Below are positions 39,009-51,800 of a stretch of 64,000 nt of DNA, in pieces; positions within the stretch are counted from its first letter, which is position 1; every line of letters begins with the position of its first letter. The notes beneath the pieces are model-generated. The model had not been told where the DNA came from, ran no database searches, and saw only the letters and a list, made by a program, of their open reading frames with translations. A program made the position numbers and the translations under genes. Source of the DNA: Trichoplax sp. H2 (taxonomy: Eukaryota); contig NOWV01000010.1 in the NCBI GenBank assembly GCA_003344405.1, positions 434,001 to 498,000 of the forward strand, given 5' to 3'.

Positions 39009-40689
39009 TTACTTTTTTAGAGAATATTGCAAAATATCTTCATAATTAAAATTCTCAGGAAAATGGTTAAAAGATTTAACAACACTGTATCGAGATTCAT
39101 CTTCTCCTGCATAGAAAAGTTGTAGTTGATTAGCTAAAAATTGGGCCTCTGTGGTATTTAGTTGCTTTGGATCCCAATTTCCCGACATTAATACGATCCC
39201 TAAATCAACATTAAAATTTCACCTATTAATACATAAATTATTATATATTAATTTTGCACAAATGAGGCGCAATATAACACAATAAATATCGTCCGAAATG
39301 TTGAAATCACTTTCGTGATGATGTATAAATGTAGCAGGTTTGCAAGAGTGGAGATACTCTTATGTACGAGTATATGTGTGGTATTACCGTGCCAAAGTCA
39401 TAAAACATACCATATCCACCTGATTGAATCTAATATCATTTCGTAGATATTAACATTGATGAAGTTAAAGCAAGAACTACAACTCGGATAAGGCTACACG
39501 GTAATCAAGGTGTTACTTGATTGTAATATAAATAGATTTATGAGTTTTAGAGTCGATTATTTACCTTTGTTATCAGAAAATTCCTTGTAATGCGATATAG
39601 TTAGAATAGGTGGTGCATTTTCACCAAATGTTTTAAAACTAAGTAAAGGTGTAAAATGGCAGTCATTTCCGTCAAACTGTGCGAATATAAATTCTACTCC
39701 TTCATTACGAGGAAGGGGATAAACAAATACTGGGCATTCAAAAGATCTCTTATACATCCTTTCATATATGGCATTAGGTATTACAGCACCAATACAATCA
39801 CGTTGCTTGTGATATTCCGTCCATATCTGAGCAATTTCAGTTCCGGACTTTTCTTGAATTTTACTGACATACATGATGTCGTTTAGGTTTTTTCTTTGGC
39901 CAACAACTGGAGGCCCTTTCTTAGATGAACTACCAATCGTCTACATAATAACATTGTCATAATGAATAATTCACATAAGAACAGCTAATAATTAACAAGA
40001 AAACGCTGTCGTAATTCTAGTTAGCCTCAACGTACTTATTACAGGTATAGTCTGTTATTAATTAATTATAATAATAACGATCATACGCGTATACAACATA
40101 CCTTTTCTAGTTTTCTGTCTAGATCTTGATATTTCTTTTTCAAAGAGTAATCGATTGCTTGTGTAGAGGTATCCGTATCACTAATATCATTTGCTTTTCT
40201 ACTAAAAAATTACAAAATTTGGCTCCGATAAATAAATTACAAGTCCAAAGGATTAGTAGATTACTGTACGGACCTTATAATAAGATGGTTAAATTATAAC
40301 AACTGTAAATTTATCAAAACTGCAGTTTAATAATATAATTGACAAAAATTACATAGCTGAGTTGATTTCATGTACTGTACGTATTTATGGTACACGAATT
40401 CATCGCATGTATTTAGTGCATCTCCTTGCTGCGTAAGCATCTTGTTTGAGTAGTATGAAGTTATCCTATACGTGCATCACTGACGGTAACGATACCTGGC
40501 TTTTGCAATCTTGTCTGCATACTTCTGGAAATACGGATTCAATTCCACGTCTCTACTAACACCATCCTCTTTAGGATTTTCTTTACTGCATCGTGGATAG
40601 AGTGATGAAATGCTACGATAGCCACAGGGCTTTTTAACTTGTAACCGGTAATACCACGTACAAATGTTTACGAGCGAATTTCGATTCAT
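39009..40689 (-). CDS. ATPAF1: ATP synthase mitochondrial F1 complex assembly factor 1 (Atp11)
   Basis: Exons 40689-40496 (basic presequence, LNPYFQKYADKI), 40201-40102, 39940-39565 (LNDIM...IWTEYH...PVFVYPLPRNEGVEF...HFTPL), 39199-39009 (GIVLMSG...EAQFLANQLQLFY...FNHFPENFNY). Confidence 0.95.
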
Positions 40690-40894
40690 TTTATTTTGTC
40701 ATGTATCTCAGAACTACTCAATGATTTGGGAAAAGTACTTATGCAACATTATCATCGATAATTAATTAATTAATTCACTCAATACTCTGATATCTTGGCA
40801 ATGCCAGTCTAGCTCAATGCACAGTTTGCACACTTTGCTCAAGTTTGCTATGCAGTAATCGCCATACGGCTCACTCAAGAGCACAAACCCCTTT

Positions 40895-41162
40895 ATTAAT
40901 ACTGTGCAGACTGAAATACAGTACTGTCACTGTACAGCCACTGTACAGTATGGTACTGCGTAAGTACATACAGTAGAAAGCTACGGTAGCTGCAGCCTGC
41001 AGCCAAGAAAATGTGGCTGTCTTAAGCTGTACCGTACAGTGTACAGTACTTATAGCACAGTACATATTTCGTAACCACAGTGTCTCGTACTGTACGGTAT
41101 CGTACCGTACTGTACAGTACGGTGACACTTGAGTGTACAGTACAGTGTACTGCACAGTACTC
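40895..41162. promoter_or_regulatory. TACAGTAC-rich tract in the ATPAF1/RNF180 divergent promoter
   Basis: The same low-complexity TACAGTA/TACTGTA/TACGGTA units, located between the two head-to-head start codons. Confidence 0.5.
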
Positions 41163-41729
41163 TGAGTAACTTGTCCAGCCCGAACTTGATGATTTGGGAG
41201 ATTGATGACTAATATGGTTATGCTAAGTCAATCCTTCTCTTAATTGATCTCCAGTTTTGGCCACTAATTTAGCCTCTACTTTTTGTACAAGAAACATACC
41301 GTCCTTGGATTATTAAATCATTAAACAGCGCATCGGATGGATTAAAGGCAGTCACAAATCGTCATGCAATCCTGCATTAATCATAAAGTTTGTACGTTTC
41401 CTTGGTTTGCACTGGCCGCTTGTTCGTTCAGAAGCTTTTAATAAATCGAGCGATTGGTACATTCTGAATTTGTCAAACTTTACTGTTAACAAGGTAGCGA
41501 TAAGCAAAAGTTGCCATTCACGTTACCAAATTATGCATGGCACGCTGTAGTACATCAATATTTATAATCTACGGGAAAATAAAAGTGATTTAATAATGAA
41601 TATGTGCAAGTTATACGAGCCCAGAAATTACAGTATATGGTAGCAGTTTATTACAACTGATTGATTGAAGCGATGTTCGAGCAGAAAATCATCAACGTTT
41701 AAAACATACTAACTCTACAACAGGCTAAG

Positions 41730-42854
41730 ATGACTCCTGACTTATCTATATATAGATGTCGGTTATGTCGATATGTTTTATGGGATGCTACGTCAACATG
41801 TGAGAATGAGAGATTAACAGATACGAATTTAGTGTATCTTCCTATTGGTGAACATCATATTCCTAGTTGGATTAACAAGGCTATTGAAAATGCTAGTTGG
41901 ACGAAAGGAAAGCTAAATTGTCCAAAATGTAATGGTCGTGTTGGTGCTTTCGATTTTATTTCATCAGTTAACGATCGTGGCCATTACCACAACAATCAAG
42001 AATGGATTGATAAGAGGAGCGTTTGGATGCATCGAAATCGTGTAGACAAGTTTGCAATTGGTGAAAGTAGTCATTTGCCTGATGCTATTACCGCAAATTC
42101 TTCCCGTATTCCTGCTAGCAGTAAATTAAAATTGTTCAAGACTCCTCTTCAAACACAGCGTAACCGTGATACTGATGAAACCCATCATGACAGTGACGGT
42201 CTGTTGAGATTAGACTCATTCACTGATAATGGAAAGTCGATCGTTAAGCAACCAACTGAAATAGCAACAGCAAACACTGAGGAAGGTGTCCGTAAAGTTC
42301 GGAAGGGTAAAAAGAGGCAATGGGATCATCATAAACAAAATGTAAGACATCTTGATATGAAGAAAACATCGAACGAATTTAGCAAATGTTCAAATTCAGA
42401 GGTTATTATAAAAACAGCGGAGGTAGTGGATGAGATTGCAAGTACTGGCCAGAATATCCCGGAAAACATGATATGCCCTGTTTGCCTCGACATTTACTAC
42501 AGACCCTATCGCTGCAACTGTGGACACATTTTTTGCGACTTTTGTATTAGACTGTTAGCTAAAAACAAGTTAGATAATTCCGATCCGAATGTATTATGTC
42601 CACTGTGTAGGCAAAGCATTAAATATATTGATGACTGTAAAGAATTAAAGGAGAAAATTAAACAACAATTTGAAAAAAGTTACATCCGACGTCGGATAGA
42701 AATTAGACGAGCTTTGAAGAGTACAAAACTGGTCATGCCTTTCAACAAAGGCAAGCTAGGTAAATTAACTTCCTTTTGCTCTAATTATAGCACAGAAATT
42801 CAGTTCTTAGTAATGCTCATCACTATCTACTTGTTGTCCTTTTTTATGACTTGA
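41730..42854 (+). CDS. RNF180: RNF180 (Rines)-like membrane-anchored RING E3 ubiquitin ligase
   Basis: Single 374-aa ORF with an N-terminal Zn-binding region (CRLCR...PSWI...WTKGKLNCPKCNGRVGAFDF), a basic patch, a C3HC4 RING (CPVCLDIYYRPYRCNCGHIFCDFCIR...CPLCR) and a hydrophobic C-terminal tail anchor. Confidence 0.88.
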   Translation: MTPDLSIYRCRLCRYVLWDATSTCENERLTDTNLVYLPIGEHHIPSWINKAIENASWTKGKLNCPKCNGRVGAFDFISSVNDRGHYHNNQEWIDKRSVWMHRNRVDKFAIGESSHLPDAITANSSRIPASSKLKLFKTPLQTQRNRDTDETHHDSDGLLRLDSFTDNGKSIVKQPTEIATANTEEGVRKVRKGKKRQWDHHKQNVRHLDMKKTSNEFSKCSNSEVIIKTAEVVDEIASTGQNIPENMICPVCLDIYYRPYRCNCGHIFCDFCIRLLAKNKLDNSDPNVLCPLCRQSIKYIDDCKELKEKIKQQFEKSYIRRRIEIRRALKSTKLVMPFNKGKLGKLTSFCSNYSTEIQFLVMLITIYLLSFFMT

Positions 42855-45800
42855 AACTAGTATTATCTTTGAATGATCATGATAGTATTTTATCTGTCAA
42901 CGAATGGGCAACTGAATGAAGTAAAAATATTATACAGTTAGCTTGAAAAGTGTTGATAGCCGAGATAATAATGTGATCTTTTAAGTTGATAGCAGTCTCG
43001 TAGTAGAGTTGCTGATCATAAACTTCAGTTATTATAAGTCCCGATAAACAAATCAAAGTATTGAAAATGTATAACCATTTTTTACTGATAATTTTAAGCA
43101 TATCACGATTTAGTCTTTACAGTCATGTTACGTTCTATCAAAGATTTTATAGTATTGCAACAATATTCATTTACGCATATATGCTTAATGACTCATGAAT
43201 AAGAGTAATTCCGTTCTATCTACAATCAGCTTTAATATGATTTATCTATATCTGTATATGCGCAGATTCGTGTATTACCTTACCCAACTTATTTCTATAT
43301 TAAAAAATAATGTATTCATTGATCCTAAGAAAATGATAGCTTAGGATTCCATTAATGTATAAAAATAATATCTAGTCTGTATTATCAGATTTGATGTACC
43401 TAGAATCATTCTTAATTCGTATTTTAACTATTTTGCTATCTCTCATCCTAAGTTCTCTTTATAACGTTATATTCTGTAAGAGTTTATTAGCTTATGTCCT
43501 TTGCGTAGATAAAGTAATGGTATATTATTATATTACCCGAGTACTTGTATTACCAGAATACGCTAAAATTTTATGTAATGAAATATGCTAAAGGGATAAA
43601 ATTATTATGATAGGATTTACTACCTATTAGATTACTGTATGAATTTAAATACTGTAAATGGTGATTATCATCCATATGGAGAATTTGCATAAATGATCAT
43701 CAACACTGCATCTTCTATTAGGCAATCTCACTATAATATACTGGAACTACTTTGTAAGAGTATCGATGACTTTAATATTAGATAACTGCAAGAACTTGAT
43801 TTAAAGTTCCTTAGACTCGTGTCTAGCTAACATTGCTGTCATAATGTTTATTTCCTTCTTCTACTTCGTACATATATACCTTTGGATGAGTATTTCAACT
43901 ATTAAAAATAAAAGTAATGTAACTACACCAGAATAAGTATTAAATCACAAAGTAATGATTTTAATTATACAACAGTATATGCAATTAATGATGGCAATAA
44001 GTTAAGTATGTTTTACAACCGATTGATATTGATTGAATAAATCTAAAATTTATAAAAAATTTCTTACACGCAATGAGTGTTCTTTATCATATTCAATAAA
44101 TCTATGATTCCTAATTTTTGCTCAAATATCCTTTTCGAAATAATCACTGGTTGAAAATTGGATATTTCTCGTACATGCGTTTTTATCTCATAAATGAATA
44201 GATAGTCGTTTTATTCTTTCTGTTACGTTAAAATTTTAACTTACGGAAACGATCTTACGAACCATGGTTATTACAGTAGTACATCCTCGATGTCAACGTT
44301 GCATAATATTACTTGATCTTACTATAATATAAGGATAAAAAATAACCCTTAACACTTATACAGTGTAATGATATAGTTTAACTCTCATTACAATATTGAT
44401 CCGTATGAAACAGTTTATAAAAACGTATAAATTACATCAGGTACATCATTTAAAACATTAAAGACCTCTTGTCTCATATAGGTTGATGTAAACGTTCTTT
44501 TTTCGTACAATTGTACTATTATATTTAATCCTGGATGTTAACGATCCGTATGCAGTATCTATGAAACTGTATATCAGTTGTATTTCATAATAGCTGTAAG
44601 CCTGCAACTATAAACGATTCCTCATAAAGTTTGATACATTATACGGTTTAATTTGTTCCAGATAGCAACTGAATTTCTAACTCCAGTAAATCATCGTTGG
44701 TCAGTTAACTTAAATTCATATTTTCCCTTGAGGTTTTCTAATTTGTCTCACCTGCAAACAAGATCGCATAAAAAGTATCGGATCAAAAATACTGCTTAGC
44801 TAGGTCTTCTATATTAACTGGGTTAACTTAACTGCTCACATTTATCATAAAATCATGCACATTTTATACAATTATCTGCTTGTATGATAACTCAACGCTT
44901 GTACATCAGGCTACGTTCAGTATGATGCACAGTAAACTAACATTTATTACAAGCTACAGTAAAAGCAAATAATAATCGCTGTTGATTAAGATTGCTTTAC
45001 GATGTTGTTCGTTTATTTTTTCTACAATCTGTACTTGGACCTAGTTTGTGATATACAGTCATAGCAGTGTAAGCATGAACCTAACTCCCTAGTGCGAGTA
45101 TAACAATAACGATTGGCTGGGTACACGAGAGTTTACTAGTTCATTTATAATTCATAAGGTCTTTATAGCTATAATTTACTTAGTGTTCTACAATTTTAGC
45201 AAATTGATATAGATAGTAATGGTAGATAGCATTCATAAGACGGCTTTCGTTTTCAATCAATACGATAAGTAGGAGCAGCAGTTATATTTTACACTGTCCT
45301 ATATTTTTTAGATTAATTTTGACTACGTGTGTAATTTCCTGCTTTCTATTCTAGGTAAAAGTTGTAAAATTCTTTAATACAGTTGTTACTATTAACTCAA
45401 GATAGTGATATTCTACAGCTAGTATGCAGTTACGAATTAATTGACGGCATCCATAGATCATCTGCTGCAAGTACAAGAGCAAAATTAAGCTAGGTTTTAT
45501 CACAGCTCGGGCGCCATCTCTGTATTATGTTTGATATACGATATTTATCGTAATAGCAGTCATAATGGAAAGGCAACCCCATTTACTAATAAATTTGTAT
45601 CCCTTCACTAATTTTATAGAATCTGTTGATGGTTGATTGTTTTCACTAACAACTATTCTCCACGTCAAAGTTAATCATCAAATGCAACAAATAAATTTAT
45701 ACAAAAGGTCCCTGAAGTTTCATAATCGAGACTTTAATCTTGTATACACCAGCAATTTTTAAAATTATAAACGAAATATGACGTATGATACATTTCAGAT

Positions 45801-48800
45801 AATTACACTGCAGATAACTATAATTTTATATTACCTCTCTGTAAAAAATAAACAAAAAGATTCCTTTATTATAAACTTCATAACGCTATATCTTCTATAC
45901 TACTGATTTATCAAATAATCTAATTACCGCTACGTGCAATATAGATATAACCAGAGATATACTAGAATCTAAGAAATCGCTAGCATATAGTTAAAAAATT
46001 ACACGAAAATGTGCTTACTATGCTGTACGTTACTGATTTATTATTTGAAGTTGATCATCAGGTTTCTGTCAATGAATTTACTGCATTCTGGTTCTAGTTA
46101 TGATGCAGGTAATACCCTGCATCTTAATGCTTATTCATTAAATACTAACGCCCATTTTTAACCAATATCAAACAGAAATACGAATGCACTTTTCGCTTAA
46201 TAGTTAATAGACTATTTGAGTATTTATCTTATCGCTTATATTTTAAAGTTATACTGATTTTAGTCAAAAATCGTGATGTAATGCCACCGTTGCAAAGCTT
46301 TTGTAATATATTTTTCACTAATAAAAAGACTTACTTTCTCGAAATAAGATAGACTAATAGATAGAAAATAGTATAGCAATCTGATAAAGCACGTATTGAT
46401 TTATCGAGTACTGGCAAGTACACGTAATGATCTATTTGTTAAATTAACTAAATTTCATTGTGCGAAATCAAATAAGTTGCTCTGATGAAAATAGAAGGTG
46501 CATACATAAGTTAATGTATGAGCTATTTCGTCAAAGAGAGAACCTAAATAGCCTATAAATAAGTTGAAGGCTGTGCTTGTAACATTATATATAGGTTAGC
46601 TCTAAATATTCTTGCGAATCACCATTAATTAGTATACTGGTGATACGCTGAGGGTCTCGATACTAGCAGAGCTACGACCAGTTTTTGAGGTAATACTTAA
46701 ATTGGCGTAGAAAATTTTCGGTGTGTTACTGCTACAGAATAAAAATGTTCATCCATTTGTCGTGTTACTATCCAAATTTTACTCAAATTTTATTCATGCT
46801 ATCATGAGAATGAATCTAACAAATTTAAGAAAGTGCATTTCGTAATTAGGCCTTTTACATTCATGCAACTGTATTAGTAGCTTTCAAATTTGTAAAATGT
46901 TCTACAACAGTGTAAATTTGCAGAGGAAATGATTTACTAGCTCATTGCTAACAAAATGTACCAGATATATTCGCATTGATCACATATTGTTTGTATTGCG
47001 ATGCAACGATATTGTGAAAGATTAATACATTTGAAATGTACTCAGTGCTTTTTCGTCATACACGTAGACCACTCGCAGGTAATTATGCCATCTCAATGTT
47101 AAAGACAACAATGACTTGGATCTAGAAAAATTAATTCCAGACATAAAAATGTTAGCAATTCCTATAATAGAAGGAGACAGTGATAAATGTCTAGTAAATT
47201 AGATCAAAACAAAGAAATTAGTCTTGATTACTGTATGTATATCAGTTGGATTGTTTAGAGATTGCTGTCTAGCAGACAGATATCTCGCCTTGATTCTTAC
47301 CCCCTCCTGCCTATCATTATTGGCGAAGATTAGATTTAATATGCAGAAATATTTACTAGCAAAGTAAAAACATCTCGCATAAGAGTTTATGGAATATTAT
47401 TATAGTAATGCATTATATCGGAACATTAAATTAGATATGAATTACCAGGTTTTCCATTATTAAAACATTTTACTTTCCTTAAAATCATTGCGTAGAGTAA
47501 TGAAAGTTACAGTAGTATACAAAATGAGGCATTTCATTCATAGTAAAAGATGCTAAGTTTTAAAATCTATCGCTCATTATTTATACTATTGAAAATAACT
47601 TTAAAATTATATGATTGATTTAAATCTGAATGCATGTGTAAAAGACAACTACAGTAACTACGGACATGTTATACGAAGATACTTTCAGATTGAAACTTAA
47701 TCAATACGCATGTAACACCTAACATTTGATCTTATAGTTATTATGAACAGCTCTTATATTTTCAGAGATAGTTTCAAATATATGATCGTTCTAAGATAGT
47801 AATTTCTTGACTATCCCAGACAAGTCAATTTACTGTCTTTGTGATCATGTAACCATTAATAGATGCTTCGGATATTGATATGAAACATCATTAAAATTAA
47901 TGATGGCTGTATTTTAGTTAGTTAATAACATGGATTTTATTCACCTTTAGCTTAAAACGTCGATATAGCTTTAGTCTTGGTATTAAAATTGGGTAACTGC
48001 AATGGTGAATTTTTTTAATCTATAGGTTTTTCTATAATTGGTTGTTACTATATCCCTATTACCGGTTAGATGACCCAGTAACTCGTAATTACGATGTGAC
48101 TCAAAACTGATTAAAATCACTATTATTCTTAGAATGTGAAATTGGAATAGTACTGTAATAGGTGAAGCAAAGTCCGCTATCGCTAAGATCTAGAGGATTA
48201 CTAAATTAAAACTATGGCTGTTGAATTATTCAAATATCCCGCTGTTGAGGTCATTATTGTACAATGCTTCAATCGATAATAGTTTTGGATAGTTACAATG
48301 CATCAATTAGTATAATTGTATCCCTTAATTCTTACATGGACTATTTTAAAACTATGATCATTGTGTTGCTGCAGTTAGTGATAAAAATTTAAAACCATCA
48401 TTTCTTCATCAGACACATTCTAAGGTAATTCGATGTTTTGTGTTCGTGTGTTATTAACATCAATTAAAAATTTTAAAATCCGATTGAATTTGTAATACAC
48501 AATAATTAAAATGTTAAGTATGACTCATCGTGGTTAAAAACTAATTAAATTCTTTCTATTATGAAATCCTGCACGAGACAGAACAAGTCTCTCACTTCAT
48601 TAAATAACAGGATTATAAATTCCTATGACTAATTCAGTTTTATTATTAATTGACGGAAACCTCGTATTTAATTAGTATTAAAATACGCTGTTAAAGTATT
48701 AAGTGACTCAGCATATCGCTTAAATCCAGTTAATTACTGCAACTACTCATTCAAGACAAGAATGTTGCCTGACCGTAGTTAATTCATTTCATGAGATTAC

Positions 48801-51800
48801 AATGTCCTTTAAGTGCATATCTCGACTTAAAATCACATAGATACTTAAGGACAAGTGAAGTAGGCGGTAGCATTGTTCATATTTACGATTTATTTTGCGA
48901 AATTGTACCTCATTTATTGGGAAATCTCTATTCTAGTTTACGTGATAGATTGTAGAGCAAGAACGACGTTGAAAAAGAAAATTCTGACTAAACTAGTAGG
49001 AGTATGAACACTTAGTATTGTTATGTCCTTGGGCTATGTCAAAGACTATTCGATTTTTTTCTAGTAGTCCATGGCTTTGCCATAGTCTTAGTATACAAAT
49101 ATCGAGTAGAGTGACATCTCAACTGTCAGTGATAGCATTGGCTATTATGAACTATATAGATATATAGTATCTGGTAGTCCATGGTTATAGATACGAACAT
49201 GCTCACACTTGTGTATATGTAGAACTTCCCAGAATTTTCTTTCCTTGTATATGTGGTGATAAATATCAATAAGTTCTAAAACATTACATAAAAGACTATA
49301 TATGAGTATACTGTATATGTATATTGCTGAGGTACTATTCTTTTAATTCATACTTATGGGTCGTATGTTATGACTATCAGTATTGGTATAAGCCTTAGTA
49401 AAGTATCACGATTTGCTAATCCGCTCTCCTTCTCTTCTGCTGCATTTACTGTTCACTGACAGAAATATTATAGTTCATGGCAGCTAAATGATGCAAATAG
49501 TTTTATGAGATAATATTCAAATTATTCAGTTACAATAAGAAGCACATGTTTTGTAGCCCTCATAAATCATATTTTGATGACTTACGAAAATTCGTAAGTG
49601 GCTTACATACTGCAATTTTTACTTTGATAATCACTTAACATCTTTATTCCTATTTTTAGGTAACAGTTTTTTGATCCATTAAGAACAATTTTACTATATA
49701 TTCCTTCAATTTGAAACATGCATATATTATGTTAATCGAAAATATAGCACATTAAAGCCAATAAAATCATGATCTAATCAAGGATGATAGTATCTAACTA
49801 TTCAGTTCATTAAAATTATCTTTCAATTATGTATCATTTCAAGATATCTAAACGAGACCCTTAGTATTACCGTTACTAAATCAATTGGATCAAATAAGGT
49901 ACTGTCATCCATATCACTGTTTCAATATCAATTATAGCGAAAACTCTTCAGAGAAAATTGCTTTTCTAAATATTACCATGACGAATCTCCTATTTTTTCT
50001 AGTACATCATTAACATTAACCTAGCCACTGTTATTCAGCTCCAACCATTCACCTTACTAGTATGATTTTTCTGTATACAGAACTACTGATTTGAGCTGAT
50101 GTTTGCTCAAAGACATAAATGCCGAATACCATTCCCAATCATAACTCGCAAATGCAGTACAGCTAAGAAATTTATTGCCTCTATAGATAAAACAAAATTT
50201 TACACTATATTTAGCGTAGCTTTTCAATAGTTAGAACTCGAAGAATTTATTTTCCATCGTAAATGATTATTTGATGCTTCTAGTTCTGTAACTATCATAA
50301 GTATCTTTGACCTTTAATAGATCTTGTCATGGAGCCCAATATTGTTTCCATTAGGGCCGAATTGGCCTGTGTTTCTAGTAATTCTAAATCATATCGAAAT
50401 TTGTGTAATATACTTAATGTTGAAATAAAATTGGTTTGAATTATGTAGAGTGGATTATATCTTGTTAGACTTAGCTAGATCAATTACATATTTCTATATT
50501 ACGCGTCGGCGTCGCTAAAATCTAATAAGCTGGAAAAAATATAGCAGATTCTAAACTACATTTGCATAATGCTATTGTTGGGATAAGACGGACACTATCA
50601 TCTAGATGGAAATTACCGTCGGTTGATTTCTTAATTAATGAAATGTATGGGACAATTAATATTGATAGACGGTCGGATAAAAGAACTGAGAAGAAAGGAT
50701 GGAACTGTTGTTATACCAATTAATTGCATTATTAGCTTCTATGATGATCTCATTAGTGTTGAATATATAGTAATGGGAGGGAAAGGTTATCCACAAACTT
50801 GACAATACAGCACTTGATTTCTTTATTTTTGTTATAAGTGCTAAAAAAATGTGTAAATGAGTTCGCTATAATGAGGTTCATCCATTGTTTACTAATGACT
50901 CTGCTTGGGTAATGTAAATCCGGAAATGAAAATATCACCTGATGCAGCTTGCCAATCTGATTCTTGCATGATCTCATAAATTAAATTGTTAATCTCTATA
51001 GGAAACCATTACTCTATTAATGTGATTTAATACTTAGCCATACGTAAAGAGAGTAACTCCGTTTTAAAGTTTCCAGTAATTCAAGATCCAGCTAAATACT
51101 CTTCTGCAATCCCTTCTAATTAATTTTAGAGTTCTGATAGTAAAACATTTTACGACATAACTAATGCCGCGTCAGGGGGAATTAGATAATATAGGCTTTA
51201 CTGTATGCTTAGGATATCATCTAGAGTAGTTATTATTACCATGCAAGTATGTCCCATAACGAGGGCATATCACCGACAAATAAGTAAGCGTATTTTCAAA
51301 GATGATATTAGGATATATTCGCAGATACGTATTAAGTCAAGATTGAGTCATTGACACTAGTTCATATTTATCATTATCTTTACATTTACACTTTAACACT
51401 GTGTAAAATTAGCGTTCCTTTGAATGTATCTCGATAGTGTTCTCGGTACCTTTAATCTAAACCTACAATCTTTAAACAAGATTGTTGTCACGTTATGATG
51501 AAAATCATCTTTGTTAGATTGCTACCGTACCGTTCAATTACAAATCAGCTTTTCTTAATCTTCGAGTATCAAATCGTAGCAAAAAATACATATTACCTCA
51601 TGAATTGAACGTCAGCATAAGTTTTGTGATAGATAAGTTGCCTGCACTTCTTGATCTGTCATGTAGGAATTACGTGCCTAAAATTATAGCCTTAGGTATC
51701 CAGTAAAATCAACGTTATAGTTAGTCGCAATTTTCACATAATACAAGCTCAAATTTCATGAATTTTGTTTGTAGTGATAGGCGAGTGTCCGAAATTTTTC

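Noticed and set aside
40202..40495. ATPAF1 intron 1 (GTATCGTT) as a U12 intron
   Set aside because: Mismatch in the core 5' consensus and no CCTTRAC-like branch site near the acceptor.
40871..41155. Tyr/Cys/Thr/Val-rich ORFs (also 34623-35022)
   Set aside because: They are translation artefacts of the TACAGTAC low-complexity tracts.
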